From Eutreptiella sp. 'Long Island Sound 2002' (taxonomy: Eukaryota > Protista > Euglenida): a stretch of DNA of 64,000 bases. Made by a program: the position numbers and the translations under genes. Location of the stretch: the NCBI GenBank assembly GCA_964036045.1, contig OZ038379.1, positions 2,108,001-2,172,000 of the forward strand, written 5' to 3'. The first letter of the stretch is position 1. Each line of letters starts with the position of its first letter. The notes beneath the pieces are model-generated. The model worked only from the letters and a program-made list of their open reading frames with translations. It was not told the DNA's origin and searched no databases. This document shows, in pieces, positions 19,566 through 34,500 of the stretch.

Positions 19566-22500
19566 GGTCTGCCATCCTGCTGGACCCTCCGGCCCCACCG
19601 ACCAGGCGCATTGAGTTCATCGGGGACGCCACCACCGCGGGCTTCTGCAACCTCTGCCACCTCCAGCCCACGTTAAGCGGCGTGGCCGCTCAGAGCCACT
19701 TCGACGCCTGGCCCAATCACGTGTGCCAGTTCCTCGGCGCCGAATGCCACACCGCCGCCTGGAGCGGCTACGGGCTCCTGCGGAATCACACGATGCGGGA
19801 CGTGTTCTATCGTGGCGTGGCCTCGGTCACGGACGGCTCCGAGCCGTGGGATTTCACCCGATGGACCCCCGATGTGCTGGTGGCCAACCTCGGCACAAGT
19901 GACGAGCTCGAGAAGGGGCCCGAGGCATTCCGCACCGCCTTCAAGGCGGCCTATCAAGACTTCATCCTCAACGTCTCCGCTCTCTACCCCGGTGCCACCT
20001 TCTTCGTGGCCTGCGGCCCGGTGTCCGACGCGTACTGCCCGGAGGTCCAGGAGGTGGTCGCGGAGGTGACTGCGACCGGCACCGCGGCGCATTTCCTGGA
20101 CCACCGGGGCCTTCTGGCGCGGCCGTGCTGCGGGTACCCGAGCGTCGAGGACGGGGCCCGGATGGCTGCGCACGCGGCCGCGCAGATCGCCGCGACCGTC
20201 GGGTGGAGTGGGTACAGACCGGCCCGGCAGTGCCCCGTCGGGTCCGTGTTCGCGGCCGGCCAGCCCTACGGTGCCCACGCCGCCGCGATGGCCTTCGACG
20301 GCAGCAAGACCACGAAGTGGTTGGATGACACCGGGGGCGGGACGTCCTGGATCGGGATCACGTTCCCGACCCCCGTCCTCGTCAATGAGTACACGCTGAG
20401 CAGCGCGGACGACGTGGCGCGCGACCCCAAGATCTGGAAGGTCTACGGAGACGGGGTTGAGCTCCATGCGATCGGATGGTTCACGTTCTCCTCGCGGTAT
20501 GAGCCCGTCACCTGGGCCCTCAGCATTACCGGGGCGTACTCGACGTACCGGCTGGCGATCGCTGCGGCCTACGACGATGGCAGTGTGCACGCTCTGGCGG
20601 AGTTCCGTCTTCACTGCACGGAGGCCGGACTCGAACCGGCGCTCATTGGGACCGTTTCGGCCGCGGGCGACAACGGTCCTTTGGAGAGCAGGCACATGGC
20701 CTTTGACGGGCTGCTCAGCACGGCTTGGCGCCATGACACCACAGGGGCCACTGGTGAGGCGGGAACCTGGATCCAAGTGGCCTACCCTTTCCCCGTGACA
20801 GTCACCACGTACTCCATCAGTGCCGTCGCCGATTCCGCGGAGCACGACCCCAGAGCGTGGGACCTGCTGGGAAATGGGGGCGTGATCGACTCCCGCACGG
20901 ACGTCACGTTCAATAGGTCTCACACTCAAACTTTTGCAATCGCGGGCCCCGGCGCGTACTCGACGTACCGGCTGCACGTTTGGAATGCCACGGACGGCGG
21001 CACCATTTATGCGCTGTCGGAGTGGACATTTGGGTTTGCGACGACAACTCCGTCTGCCACAGCAACCGAAGTACCCACTTCAACCCCCATGCCCACATCC
21101 ACCCCATCCAAGTCACCAACCCCCTTGGACGGACCTGCAGGCGCCTCAGAAACCTCAACTAACACGCCGACACCCACTGCATCCGTAACACAGTCTCCTA
21201 CCGGCACAACATCTGAGAGTCCCTCGATTCCATCACCCACCGCATCCCCAACCCCATCGCCATCTACATCCACAACGTCATCGGCATCGGTAACGGCCTC
21301 ATGGGCACCCACGTCATCACCATCTGCCACCGCATCTGCCACCCCATCGGCATCCGCATCAGCATCGGCGTCGGGAAGTGTATCGGTGTCACCAAGTGCC
21401 TCGCCGTCTGCATCTCGATCCCAGACCCCATCACCAAGCCAATCCTCCACGCCATCTGTGACGCCACCCTCCACTCCGTCACCCACCACGTCCCCAACCC
21501 CATCGCCATCTACATCCACAACGTCATCGGCATCGATCACGGCTTCATGGACACCCACGTCATCTTCATCTGCCACCAAGACCGCTACAACAAGCACGAC
21601 GCCCACGCCATCAGCCACGCCAACCTCCACGTCCAGTATTTCTGGCACCACTTCCCCGACACCAACTGCATCTCCATCCACCACCGCATCTGCCACTCCA
21701 TCGGCATCGGCATCAGCATCGGCGTCGGGAAGTGTATCGGTGTCACCAAGTGCCTCGCCGTCTGCATCTGGATCCCAGACCCCATCACCAAGCCAATCCT
21801 CCACGCCATCTGTGACGCCACCCTCCACTCCGTCACCCACCACGTCCCCAACCCCATCGCCATCTACATCCACAACGTCATCGGCATCGGTCACGGCTTC
21901 ATGGACACCCACGTCATCTCCATCTGCCACCAAGACCGCTACAACAAGCACGACGCCCACGCCATCACCCACACCAACCTCCACGTCCAGTATTTCTGGC
22001 ACCACTTCCCCGACACCAACTGCATCTCCATCCACCACCGCATCTGCCACTCCATCGGCATCCGCATCAGCATCGGCGTCGGGAAGTGTATCGGTGTCAC
22101 CAAGTGCCTCGCCGTCTGCATCTGCATCCCAGACCCCATCACCAAGCCAATCCTCCACGCCATCCGTGACGCCACCCTCCACACCATCACCCACCACGTC
22201 CCCAACCCCATCGCCATCTACATCCACAACGTCATCGGCATCGATCACGGCTTCATGGACACCCACGTCATCTCCATCTGCCACCAAGACCGCTACAACA
22301 AGCACGACGCCCACGCCATCACCCACACCAACCTCCACGTCCAGTATTTCTGGCACCACTTCCCCGACACCAACTGCATCTCCATCCACCACTACATCTG
22401 CCAGCCCATCGGCATCAGCATCAGCATCGGCGTCGGGAAGTGTATCGGTGTCACCAAGTGCCTCGCCGTCTGCATCTGCATCCCAGACCCCATCACCAAG

Positions 22501-25500
22501 CCAATCCTCCACGCCATCCGTGACGCCACCCTCCACACCATCACCCACCACGTCCCCAACCCCATCGCCATCTACATCCACAACGTCATCGGCATCGGTC
22601 ACGGCTTCATGGACACCCACGTCATCTTCATCTGCCACCAAGACCGCTACAACAAGCACGACGCCCACGCCATCACCCACGCCAACCTCCACGTCCAGTA
22701 TTTCTGGCACCACTTCCCCGACACCAACTGCATCTCCATCCACCACCGCATCTGCCACTCCATCGGCATCGGCATCAGCATCGGCGTCGGGAAGTGTATC
22801 GGTGTCACCAAGTGCCTCGCCGTCTGCATCTGGATCCCAGACCCCATCACCAAGCCAATCCTCCACGCCATCTGTGACGCCACCCTCCACACCATCACCC
22901 AGCCCATCCCCAACCCCATCGCCATCTACATCCACAACGTCATCGGCATCGGTCACGGCTTCATGGACACCCACGTCATCTCCATCTGCCACCAAGACCG
23001 CTACAACAAGCACGACGCCCACGCCATCACCCACGCCAACCTCCACGTCCAGTATTTCTGGCACCACTTCCCCGACACCAACTGCATCTCCATCCACCAC
23101 CGCATCTGCCACTCCATCGGCATCGGCATCAGCATCGGCGTCGGGAAGTGTATCGGTGTCACCAAGTGCCTCGCCGTCTGCATCTGGATCCCAGACCCCA
23201 TCACCAAGCCAATCCTCCACGCCATCTGTGACGCCACCCTCCACACCATCACCCACCACGTCCCCAACCCCATCGCCATCTACATCCACAACGTCATCGG
23301 CATCGGTCACGGCTTCATGGACACCCACGTCATCTTCATCTGCCACCAAGACCGCTACAACAAGCACGACGCCCACGCCATCACCCACGCCAACCTCCAC
23401 GTCCAGTATTTCTGGCACCACTTCCCCGACACCAACTGCATCTCCATCCACCACCGCATCTGCCACCCCATCGGCATCGGCTTCAGCATCGGCGTCGGGA
23501 AGTGTATCGGTGTCACCAAGTGCCTCGCCGTCTGCATCTCGATCCCAGACCCCATCACCAAGCCAATCCTCCACGCCATCTGTGACGCCACCCTCCACAC
23601 CATCACCCACCCCATCCCCAACCCCATCGCCATCTACATCCACAACGTCATCGGCATCGGTCACGGCTTCATGGACACCCACGTCATCTCCATCTGCCAC
23701 CAAGACCGCTACAGCAAGCACGACGCCCACGCCATCACCCACACCAACCTCCACGTCCAGTATTTCTGGCACCACTTCCCCGACACCAACTGCATCTCCA
23801 TCCACCACCGCATCTGCCACTCCATCGGCATCGGCATCAGCATCGGCGTCGGGAAGTGTATCGGTGTCACCAAGTGCCTCGCCGTCTGCATCTGGATCCC
23901 AGACCCCATCACCAAGCCAATCCTCCACGCCATCTGTGACGCCACCCTCCACACCATCACCCACCCCATCCCCAACCCCATCGCCATCTACATCCACAAC
24001 GTCATCGGCATCGGTCACGGCTTCATGGACACCCACGTCATCTCCATCTGCCACCAAGACCGCTACAACAAGCACGACGCCCACGCCATCACCCACGCCA
24101 ACCTCCACGTCCAGTATTTCTGGCACCACTTCCCCGACACCAACTGCATCTCCATCCACCACCGCATCTGCCACTCCATCGGCATCGGCATCAGCATCGG
24201 CGTCGGGAAGTGTATCGGTGTCACCAAGTGCCTCGCCGTCTGCATCTGGATCCCAGACCCCATCACCAAGCCAATCCTCCACGCCATCTGTGACGCCACC
24301 CTCCACACCATCACCCACCACGTCCCCAACCCCATCGCCATCTACATCCACAGCGTCATCGGCATCGGTCACGGCTTCATGGACACCCACGTCATCTCCA
24401 TCTGCCACCAAGACCGCTACAACAAGCACGATGCCCACGCCATCACCCACACCAACCTCCACGTCCAGTATTTCTGGCACCACTTCCCCGACACCAACTG
24501 CATCTCCATCCACCACCGCATCTGCCACTCCATCGGCATCGGCATCAGCATCGGCGTCGGGAAGTGTATCGGTGTCACCAAGTGCCTCGCCGTCTGCATC
24601 TGGATCCCAGACCCCATCACCAAGCCAATCCTCCACGCCATCTGTGACGCCACCCTCCACACCATCACCCACCCCATCCCCAACCCCATCGCCATCTACA
24701 TCCACAACGTCATCGGCATCAGTCACGGCTTCATGGACACCCACGTCATCTCCATCTGCCACCAAGACCGCTACAACAAGCACGACGCCCACGCCATCAC
24801 CCACGCCAACCTCCACGTCCAGTATTTCTGGCACCACTTCCCCAACACCAACTGCATCTCCATCCACCACCGCATCTGCCACTCCATCGGCATCGGCATC
24901 AGCATCGGCGTCGGGAAGTGTATCGGTGTCACCAAGTGCCTCGCCGTCTGCATCTGGATCCCAGACCCCATCACCAAGCCAATCCTCCACGCCATCCGTG
25001 ACGCCACCCTCCACACCATCACCCACCACGTCCCCAACCCCATCGCCATCTACATCCACAACGTCATCGGCATCGGTCACGGCTTCATGGACACCCACGT
25101 CATCTTCATCTGCCACCAAGACCGCTACAGCAAGCACGACGCCCACGCCATCACCCACGCCAACCTCCACGTCCAGTATTTCTGGCACCACTTCCCCGAC
25201 ACCAACTGCATCTCCATCCACCACTAAATCTGCCACTCCATCGGCATCAGCATCAGCATCGGCGTCGGGAAGTGTATCGGTGTCACCAAGTGCCTCGCCG
25301 TCTGCATCTGGATCCCAGACCCCATCACCAAGCCAATCCTCCACGCCATCTGTGACGCCACCCTCCACACCATCACCCACCACGTCCCCAACCCCATCGC
25401 CATCTACATCCACAACGTCATCGGCATCGATCACGGCTTCATGGACACCCACGTCATCTCCACCTGCCACCAAGACCGCTACAACAAGCACGACGCCCAC

Positions 25501-28500
25501 GCCATCAGCCACGCCAACCTCCACGTCCAGTATTTCTGGCACCACTTCACCGACCCCAACTGCATCTCCATCCACCACTACATCTGCCACTCCATCGGCA
25601 TCGGCATCAGCATCGGCGTCGGGAAGTGTATCGGTGTCACCAAGTGCCTCGCCGTCTGCATCTGGATCCCAGACCCCATCACCAAGCCAATCCTCCACGC
25701 CATCCGTGGGGCCGCCCTCCACTTCGTCACCCACCACGTCCCCAACCCCATCGCCATCTACATCCACAACGTCATCGACATCGGTCACGGCTTCATGGAC
25801 ACCCACGTCATCTTCATCTGCCACCAAGACCGCTACAACAAGCACGACGCCCACGCCATCAGCCACGCCAACCTCCACGTCCAGTATTTCTGGCACCACT
25901 TCCCCGACACCAACTGCATCTCCATCCACCACTACATCTGCCACCCCATCGGCATCGGCATCAGCATCGGCGTCGGGAAGTGTATCGGTGTCACCAAGTG
26001 CCTCGCCGTCTGCATCTGGATCCCAGACCCCATCACCAAGCCAATCCTCCACGCCATCCGTGACGCCACCCTCCACACCATCACCCACCACGTCCCCAAC
26101 CCCATCGCCATCTACATCCACAACGTCATCGGCATCGGTCACGGCTTCATGGACACCCACGTCATCTTCATCTGCCACCAAGACCGCTACAACAAGCACG
26201 ACGCCCACGCCATCACCCACGCCAACCTCCACGTCCAGTATTTCTGGCACCACTTCCCCGACCCCAACTGCATCTCCATCCACCGCCGCATCTGGATCCC
26301 AGACCCCATCACCAAGCCAATCCTCCACGCCATCCGTGACGCCACCCTCCACACCATCACCCACCACGTCCCCAACCCCATCGCCATCTACATCCACAAC
26401 GTCATCGGCATCGGTCACGGCTTCATGGACACCCACGTCATCTTCATCTGCCACCAAGACCGCTACAACAAGCACGACGCCCACGCCATCACCCACGCCA
26501 ACCTCCACGTCCAGTATTTCTGGCACCACTTCCCCGACACCAACTGCATCTCCATCCACCACCGCATCTGCCACTCCATCGGCATCGGCTTCAGCATCGG
26601 CGTCGGGAAGTGTATCGGTGTCACCAAGTGCCTCGCCGTCTGCATCTGGATCCCAGACCCCATCACCAAGCCAATCCTCCACGCCATCCGTGACGCCACC
26701 CTCCACACCATCACCCACCACGTCCCCAACCCCATCGCCATCTACATCCACAACGTCATCGGCATCGGTCACGGCTTCATGGACACCCACGTCATCTTCA
26801 TCTGCCACCAAGACCGCTACAGCAAGCACGACGCCCACGCCATCACCCACACCAACCTCCACGTCCAGTATTTCTGGCACCACTTCCCCGACACCAACTG
26901 CATCTCCATCCACCACCGCATCTGCCACTCCATCGGCATCGGCATCAGCATCGGCGTCGGGAAGTGTATCGGTGTCACCAAGTGCCTCGCCGTCTGCATC
27001 TGGATCCCAGACCCCATCACCAAGCCAATCCTCCACGCCATCTGTGACGCCACCCTCCACACCATCACCCACCACGTCCCCAACCCCATCGCCATCTACA
27101 TCCACAACGTCATCGGCATCGGTCACGGCTTCATGGACACCCACGTCATCTCCATCTGCCACCAAGACCGCTACAACAAGCACGACGCCCACGCCATCAC
27201 CCACGCCAACCTCCACGTCCAGTATTTCTGGCACCACTTCCCCGACACCAACTGCATCTCCATCCACCACTACATCTGCCACTCCATCGGCATCAGCATC
27301 AGCATCGGCGTCGGGAAGTGTATCGGTGTCACCAAGTGCCTCGCCGTCTGCATCTGGATCCCAGACCCCATCACCAAGCCAATCCTCCACGCCATCTGTG
27401 ACGCCACCCTCCACACCATCACCCAGCCCATCCCCAACCCCATCGCCATCTACATCCACGACGTCATCGACATCGGTCACGGCTTCATGGACACCCACGT
27501 CATCTTCATCTGCCACCAAGACCGCTACAACAAGCACGACGCCCACGCCATCACCCACGCCAACCTCCACGTCCAGTATTTCTGGCACCACTTCCCCGAC
27601 ACCAACTGCATCTCCATCCACCACCGCATCTGCCACTCCATCGGCATCGGCATCAGCATCGGCGTCGGGAAGTGTATCGGTGTCACCAAGTGCCTCGCCG
27701 TCTGCATCTGGATCCCAGACCCCATCACCAAGCCAATCCTCCACGCCATCTGTGACGCCACCCTCCACACCATCACCCACCACGTCCCCAACCCCATCGC
27801 CATCTACATCCACAACGTCATCGGCATCGGTCACGGCTTCATGGACACCCACGTCATCTTCATCTGCCACCAAGACCGCTACAACAAGCACGACGCCCAC
27901 GCCATCACCCACGCCAACCTCCACGTCCAGTATTTCTGGCACCACTTCCCCGACACCAACTGCATCTCCATCCACCACCGCATCTGCCACTCCATCGGCA
28001 TCGGCATCAGCATCGGCGTCGGGAAGTGTATCGGTGTCACCAAGTGCCTCGCCGTCTGCATCTGGATCCCAGACCCCATCACCAAGCCAATCCTCCACGC
28101 CATCTGTGACGCCACCCTCCACTCCATCACCCACCACGTCCCCAACCCCATCGCCATCTACATCCACGACGTCATCGGCATCGGTCACGGCTTCATGGAC
28201 ACCCACGTCATCTCCATCTGCCACCAAGACCGCTACAACAAGCACGACGCCCACGCCATCACCCACGCCAACCTCCACGTCCAGTATTTCTGGCACCACT
28301 TCCCCGACCCCAACTGCATCTCCATCCACCACCGCATCTGCCACTCCATCGGCATCGGCATCAGCATCGGCGTCGGGAAGTGTATCGGTGTCACCAAGTG
28401 CCTCGCCGTCTGCATCTGGATCCCAGACCCCATCACCAAGCCAATCCTCCACGCCATCTGTGACGCCACCCTCCACACCGTCACCCACCGCGTCCCCAAC

Positions 28501-31500
28501 CCCATCGCCATCTACATCCACGACGTCATCGGCATCGGTCACGGCTTCATGGACACCCACGTCATCTTCATCTGCCACCAAGACCGCTACAACAAGCACG
28601 ACGCCCACGCCATCACCCACGCCAACCTCCACGTCCAGTATTTCTGGCACCACTTCCCCGACACCAACTGCATCTCCATCCACCACCGCATCTGCCACTC
28701 CATCGGGATCGGCATCAGCATCGGCGTCGGGAAGTGTATCGGTGTCACCAAGTGCCTCGCCGTCTGCATCTGGATCCCAGACCCCATCACCAAGCCAATC
28801 CTCCACGCCATCCGTGACGCCACCCTCCACTCCATCACCCAGCCCATCCCCAACCCCATCGCCATCTACATCCACAACGTCATCGGCATCAGTCACGGCC
28901 TCATGGACACCCACGTCATCTCCATCTGCCACCAAGACCGCTACAACAAGCACGACGCCCACGCCATCACCCACACCAACCTCCACGTCCAGTATTTCTG
29001 GCACCACTTCCCCGACACCAATTGCATCTCCATCCACCACCGCATCTGCCACTCCATCGGCATCAGCATCAGCATCGGCGTCGGGAAGTGTATCAGTGTC
29101 ACCAAGTGCCTCGCCATCCGCATCTGGATCCCAGGCCCCATCACCAAGCCAATCCTCCACGCCATCCGTGACGCCACCCTCCACTCCATCACCCACCCCA
29201 TCCCCAACCCCATCGCCATCTACATCCACAACGTCATCGACATCGGTCACGGCCTCATGGACACCCACGTCATCTCCATCTGCCACCAAGACCGCTACAA
29301 CAAGCACGACGCCCACGCAATCATCCACTCCAACCTCCACGTCCATTCTGAGCCTGCCCCCCACCCCAACTTGCACTCCCAGTTCCATGCCAACTCTGAT
29401 GTTCACCTACCTCCCAACGCCAGCGCCCTCACCTTCATTTGTGCTGTCATCCACATTAAGCCCAAGTACTTACGCATTTGTATCTCTCACCCGACCTGTG
29501 GCCCCCACCGAATATGCATCCCTGTGGCAGTCCCTTTCGCCAACTTCATCATTGTCACCATCGCAGACGATCACAGATCTCCGGAAACCCATTTCCTCTG
29601 CATTTGGTACCCAATTTGGAACAGCAACCACCAGGTCATCCACCAGCCTAAGCCCAACGGCCCCTCCAACCTCGCCACCCACCACGCCCCCCGACCCACT
29701 TCCTGCTGCACCTCCAAATGCCGCGCCGTCATGGAAACTGAAAATCGACCCCGTCCCGCAGCCCGTCCCCGCCCACGAACCCCTCCACCTCAGCGCCACG
29801 TTGACCGGACATGGGGGCCACCTCCTGACCTGTCGCAGCCCGACGTCGTCGGACTGGGCCGTCCACTGGGCGTCCTCCGCGCCAGCCCTGGCCGCGTCCC
29901 TCAACGCCTCCCGCACTCTGACCGCCGTCCTCCCCGCGCTTCCCGCCCCCTCCCTCACCATCCGCGTCACCGCCACGCACCCCGCCTCCGGGGCCGTCCT
30001 GCGCGACGCCGTCCGGCTGCAGGTCAACTACGCCCCCACGGGCCCCCCGGAGCCGGCGCTGACCCTCGACGCCCCCGCCGGGGTCCTCCTCGCCGGGCGG
30101 ACCCGCATCACCCTGTCGACCGCGGCATCGGCCTGGGCCCCCTTCCTGCCGGGGGGGCGGCCCCTGGAATACCTCTTCGCGGTTCAGCACCCGGACGGCG
30201 CCCTGACGACCCTCCCCGGCCACCCGGCCTTCACCCCGGCCCCGACCGTCTCCCTCGCGGCCCCATGGCTGCCGACGGCCTCCCCGGACCCGCAGCGCCC
30301 CCGCTTCGTGTTGTACGTGCGCGACGCCTTCGGGGCGCAGGCGGGGCCCTTTGCCGCGGCCCGGCCCGTCACGGTGCGGGCCGCGGCCCCGGCGTGCCCT
30401 TGGGACTGCGCGGCCCCGGGGACCCTGATGGAGGCCGCCGCCTGCCTCGCGTGCGCCGGCCCTCCCTCCGTCGCGGCCCTCAATCAGCTCATCGCCGCCC
30501 ACGTCCGCCAGCGGTCGCGGGCGCTCCCCCCGCACGCCCTCGCGTGGCTGCTGCGCGACGTCGCCTTCCTCACGCGGCTCTACCGACGCCCCGACCCCTC
30601 CCCCGTGGCCGCCCGCCTGCACTTGGCCGGCCTCCTCCTCAACGCCACGCGGCCCCACCTCCACGTGCCCCCCCTCCCGGCCCTCCTCCACGCCGCCCTC
30701 GCCGCCGTGCTGTACGCCCCCGCCCCCGCCGTGCCCTTCGCCGCCGTCCCCGCGGTGCTGCGCGTGCTGCACGCCGCCCGCGCCGCCCTGTGGGCCCCCT
30801 GGGGCGTTCGCTGCGCCCCGGCCCCCCTCCGTTTGCAGGGCCGGTGGCTGAGGATGTACGCGGCGCAGCTGCACAGCGCCGCCCTGCCCGCGGCCCTCGC
30901 CTCGGGCCCGGTGGCCGTGCACTTGCCCCCTGCTCTTGGGGCGGCGCTTGCCGTGCCGTTGTCGGGGGGTGGCCCGGTGCACGCCATCCTCGATGTCAGT
31001 CCCGTCGCAGACGGGCTGTTGGCGGAGCTGGTCACCCTCAGTTTCTTGGATCGCGCGAGCGGGAGGGAGCTGCCGGTGCAGGGGCTTGCAGAGCCCCTCA
31101 CGATTGTGTGGCCGGTGGCCAACTGGAGCGCCCTCCGGCTCCCGGTGACGGACTGGTATGAGTGCGTCTGGTGGGACGCGGGCAGCTGGAGCACCACGGG
31201 GACGTGGCTCGTGGTGCCTTCCGGAACCGAACCCGGTACCCTCGCGTGCAACACCACGCACCTCTCCGCATTTTCTATTCGGCCCATCGTGCGTGTTCTG
31301 GCGGTGTCCGGGCCAGGCTGGCTCCGCCCCCCAACCCTCCTCGACTGCCCCCTCCACTTCCCGGCGCTCACCGTGTCCGGCATCCACTTCGGCCCCTCCG
31401 GTGCCGCGGCTGCGCTGCGCGCCCCGGACGGCACGGCGGAGTGGACCCTCCGCAACGTCACCCACCAGCCCGGCCGGGAGGACGCCCGGCTCCTGTGTGC

Positions 31501-34500
31501 CCCCCCTGCGCCCCCTTTGCCACCCAGCCTCGCCGCGCGTTGGGTTGACCTCGAGGTCACCACGCGCTACGGCACCCGCCACCGCCTGCCGCGCGCGGTC
31601 CTGTTCAGCGCCCCGGCGGTCGCACGCGCCCTCGTCCGCCTGCCTTCCGTCGCCGCGTGTGCCGCTGCCACGCGCACGGCCCTCATCGCGTGCCCGCGGA
31701 CCGGCACGGCCTTTGGCGTCGTTGGGGAGGGGCTGCTGGGGTACGGCCCCACGTCGATCACCGTGGGCCCGTACCCGTGCCCCACGGTCCTCCCCATCAA
31801 CGGCTCCTACGTCGAGTGCCGAGGCCTCAGCGGCGAAGGGTTGGGGCACCCGGTCACCGTCGCGGTGGGCCCGGCCGCCGCGGACGGCCCCCTCACGCTC
31901 TCCTTCCGGAGCCCCTGCGCTTCGACGCGGGGCTTCTGGACGGGCCCCGCCTGCGACCGCTGCCACCCAGATTACCACGGCCCTGACTGCGCGGCGCTGT
32001 GCCCAGGGGCCCCGGGGCACGTGTGCACGGGGCATGGGGTGTGCGAGCGCCGCGGGTGCCGCTGCGCCGCGGACGGCACCCACGGGTACTGGGACGGCAT
32101 CGCCTGCGCGCGCTGCCGGGCGGGGTACGCGGGCCGAGGGTGCCGCGTGGCGTGCCCGGCGGCGGGCAACCGGACGTGCGCGGGGCACGGGGTGTGCGAC
32201 GAGGGGCTGGCGGGCACGGGGGCGTGCCGCTGTCTGGCGCCGTGGCAGGGCCCGGCGTGCGACGTGCTGTGCAGCGCGGCGGAGGCGCTCGTGCCATGCG
32301 CCGGCCACGGGGTCTGTGGCCGCGGCGCCGGGGCTTTGGGGGGCGGGACGTGTGCGTGCGCTGCGGACCCGGTGGCCGGGCATTGGGCCGGGCCTGCGTG
32401 CCTTTGGTGTGCGGAGGGCTGGGCTGGCCCCAACTGCACTGCCATGTGCCCGGGGGCGCCTGAGGGGCCGGCGTGCTCGGGACGGGGGCAGTGCGCGTGG
32501 AGGGGCGCGGCCGTGGCGTGCGAGTGCCGGGAGGGGTACGTGGGGGCCGCCTGCGCCGACCCCTGCCCTGTGGACTCTGCAGGGCGCGTCTGCGGTGGGC
32601 ACGGGGAGTGCTACGCCGACGGTCCCCGGGGCGCGCGGTGCCGGTGCGACGCCTCCACCGCCGCTGGGCACTGGGCGGGCTCCGCGTGCGGCGTCTGCGC
32701 GGCGGGCTACAGTGGGGCCGACTGCCGCATCCCGTGCCCCGGCTCCCGCAACGGGACGGTCTGCGGTGGGGCGGGGCGCTGTACGCAGGGGGTGTGCCGG
32801 TGCGACGCCGGGGCGTGCGGGGCCGCGTGCGAGGCCGCCGGCGCGGACTGCCGCCGGTGCGCCCCCGGCACGTGGGGCGCGGCGTGCGAGCACACGTGCC
32901 CCGGCGGGGCGCTGCCCCCCTGCAACGGCCACGGCTGGTGCCTGGACGGGATCATGGGCTCCGGGGAGTGCATCTGCGCCGCCGGCTACACCGGCCCTGA
33001 CTGTGCTCTGGCATGCCCCGCCGCATGTTCCGGGCACGGGATCTGCCGGCCCCCCGGGCACTGCGTGTGCGCGGCCGGGTACGCGGGCGCCGCGTGCGCG
33101 ACCGCCTGCCCCCGGTCTGCGATGGGACTCGTGTGCGGCGGGCCGTCCCGCGGGGCGTGCGCCCCCGGCGCCGGGACCTGCACGTGCGCGGGGGGGTATT
33201 CGGGGCCCGCCTGCGATGTGGCATGTGCCGGTGCCGAGCCCTGCACTGGGCACGGGGCGTGCTCGGCGGAGACCTCCGGCTGCGCCTGCACGGGGCACTG
33301 GGCGGGGCTGGCCTGCGACCTCTGTGCCGGCGGGTGGTACGGGCCCGACTGCGGGCGCCGGTGCCACGAGGGGGCGAGCGTTGCGCGGCTGTGCGTCTGC
33401 CGCCCCGGCTGGGCCGGCGAGGGGTGCGCCGTGCCCTGCCCGGAGGCCGTCGGCCGCGTGTGCGCCGGCCATGGCACCTGCAACGACACCCACGCGGGGG
33501 ACGGCGCCTGTGCCTGTGCGGCGGACTGGCGGGGGCCGGCGTGCGCGGTCCCCTGCCCCGGGGTGCTGACACACGGGCGCGCGTGCGGCGGACACGGGGC
33601 CTGCCTGGGGAATGCCACTTGCCAGTGCGCGACTGGGGCCACACAGGGCTACTGGGCTGGGCCGGCGTGCCTCGAGTGTGCGGAGGGCTACACAGGGCCC
33701 GGGTGCGCACAGGCGTGCCCGACGGGGAAGGCCGGGGCGGTGTGCAGTGGCCATGGGACATGCAGCCCCGAGGCGGAGGGCGGGTGCGTGTGCCACGCCA
33801 GCCCTACGGACGGGTACTGGGACGCGGCCCAGGGGTGTGCGGAGTGCCTGCCGGAGTACTGGGGCCCGCAGTGCCGGGCCCGGTGCCCCGGGGCGACCTG
33901 CGCGGTGTGCTCGGGGCATGGCCAGTGCGACGCTGGCACGCGCGGCACGGGGGCGTGCGCATGCGACCCCCAGTGGGCCGGACCGGCGTGTGCGGAGTGC
34001 GCGCCGGGCCGGTTCGGCCCGGCCTGTGCTGCCAGGTGCCCCTGGGGTGGGGGCGGTGCCGCGGCGGCGGTGTGCAGTGGGCACGGGCTGTGCCACGATG
34101 GACGCCATGGGACAGGGCGCTGCAACTGCACGGCGGCGGCAGTGGAGGGGCACTGGGTGGGGGCCGACTGCAGCGAGTGTCAGGCCGGGTACTGGGGGAC
34201 TGGCTGCCGGGGGTCGTGTCCGCGGGGCAGCTCTGGCGCTGTGTGCTCCGGCCGCGGCCGGTGCCGCGACGGCGTTGCGGGCGACGGCTGGTGCGCATGC
34301 GACCGCGGCTACGGCGGCGCGGCGTGCGGGCAGGCCTGCCCGGTCCACGCCAACGCCATCTGCAACGGCGTGGGCACATGCGACCCTGTCCGTCTCATGT
34401 GCAACTGCAGCGGTGCAACGGGGCACTGGCACGGGGTCGCGTGCGAGTCTTGCGTGGCGGGTTGGGTGGGCCCCGGCTGTGACATTGCCTGCCCCCGAAG

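Noticed and set aside
21007-29406. 2799-aa antisense ORF (V/D/G-rich) and the His/Ile-rich +1-frame ORFs over the mucin array
   Set aside because: These are shadows of a stop-poor repeated unit. They have no domains, and the alternate plus frame is broken by TAA at 25225 while the S/T/P frame is continuous with real domains.
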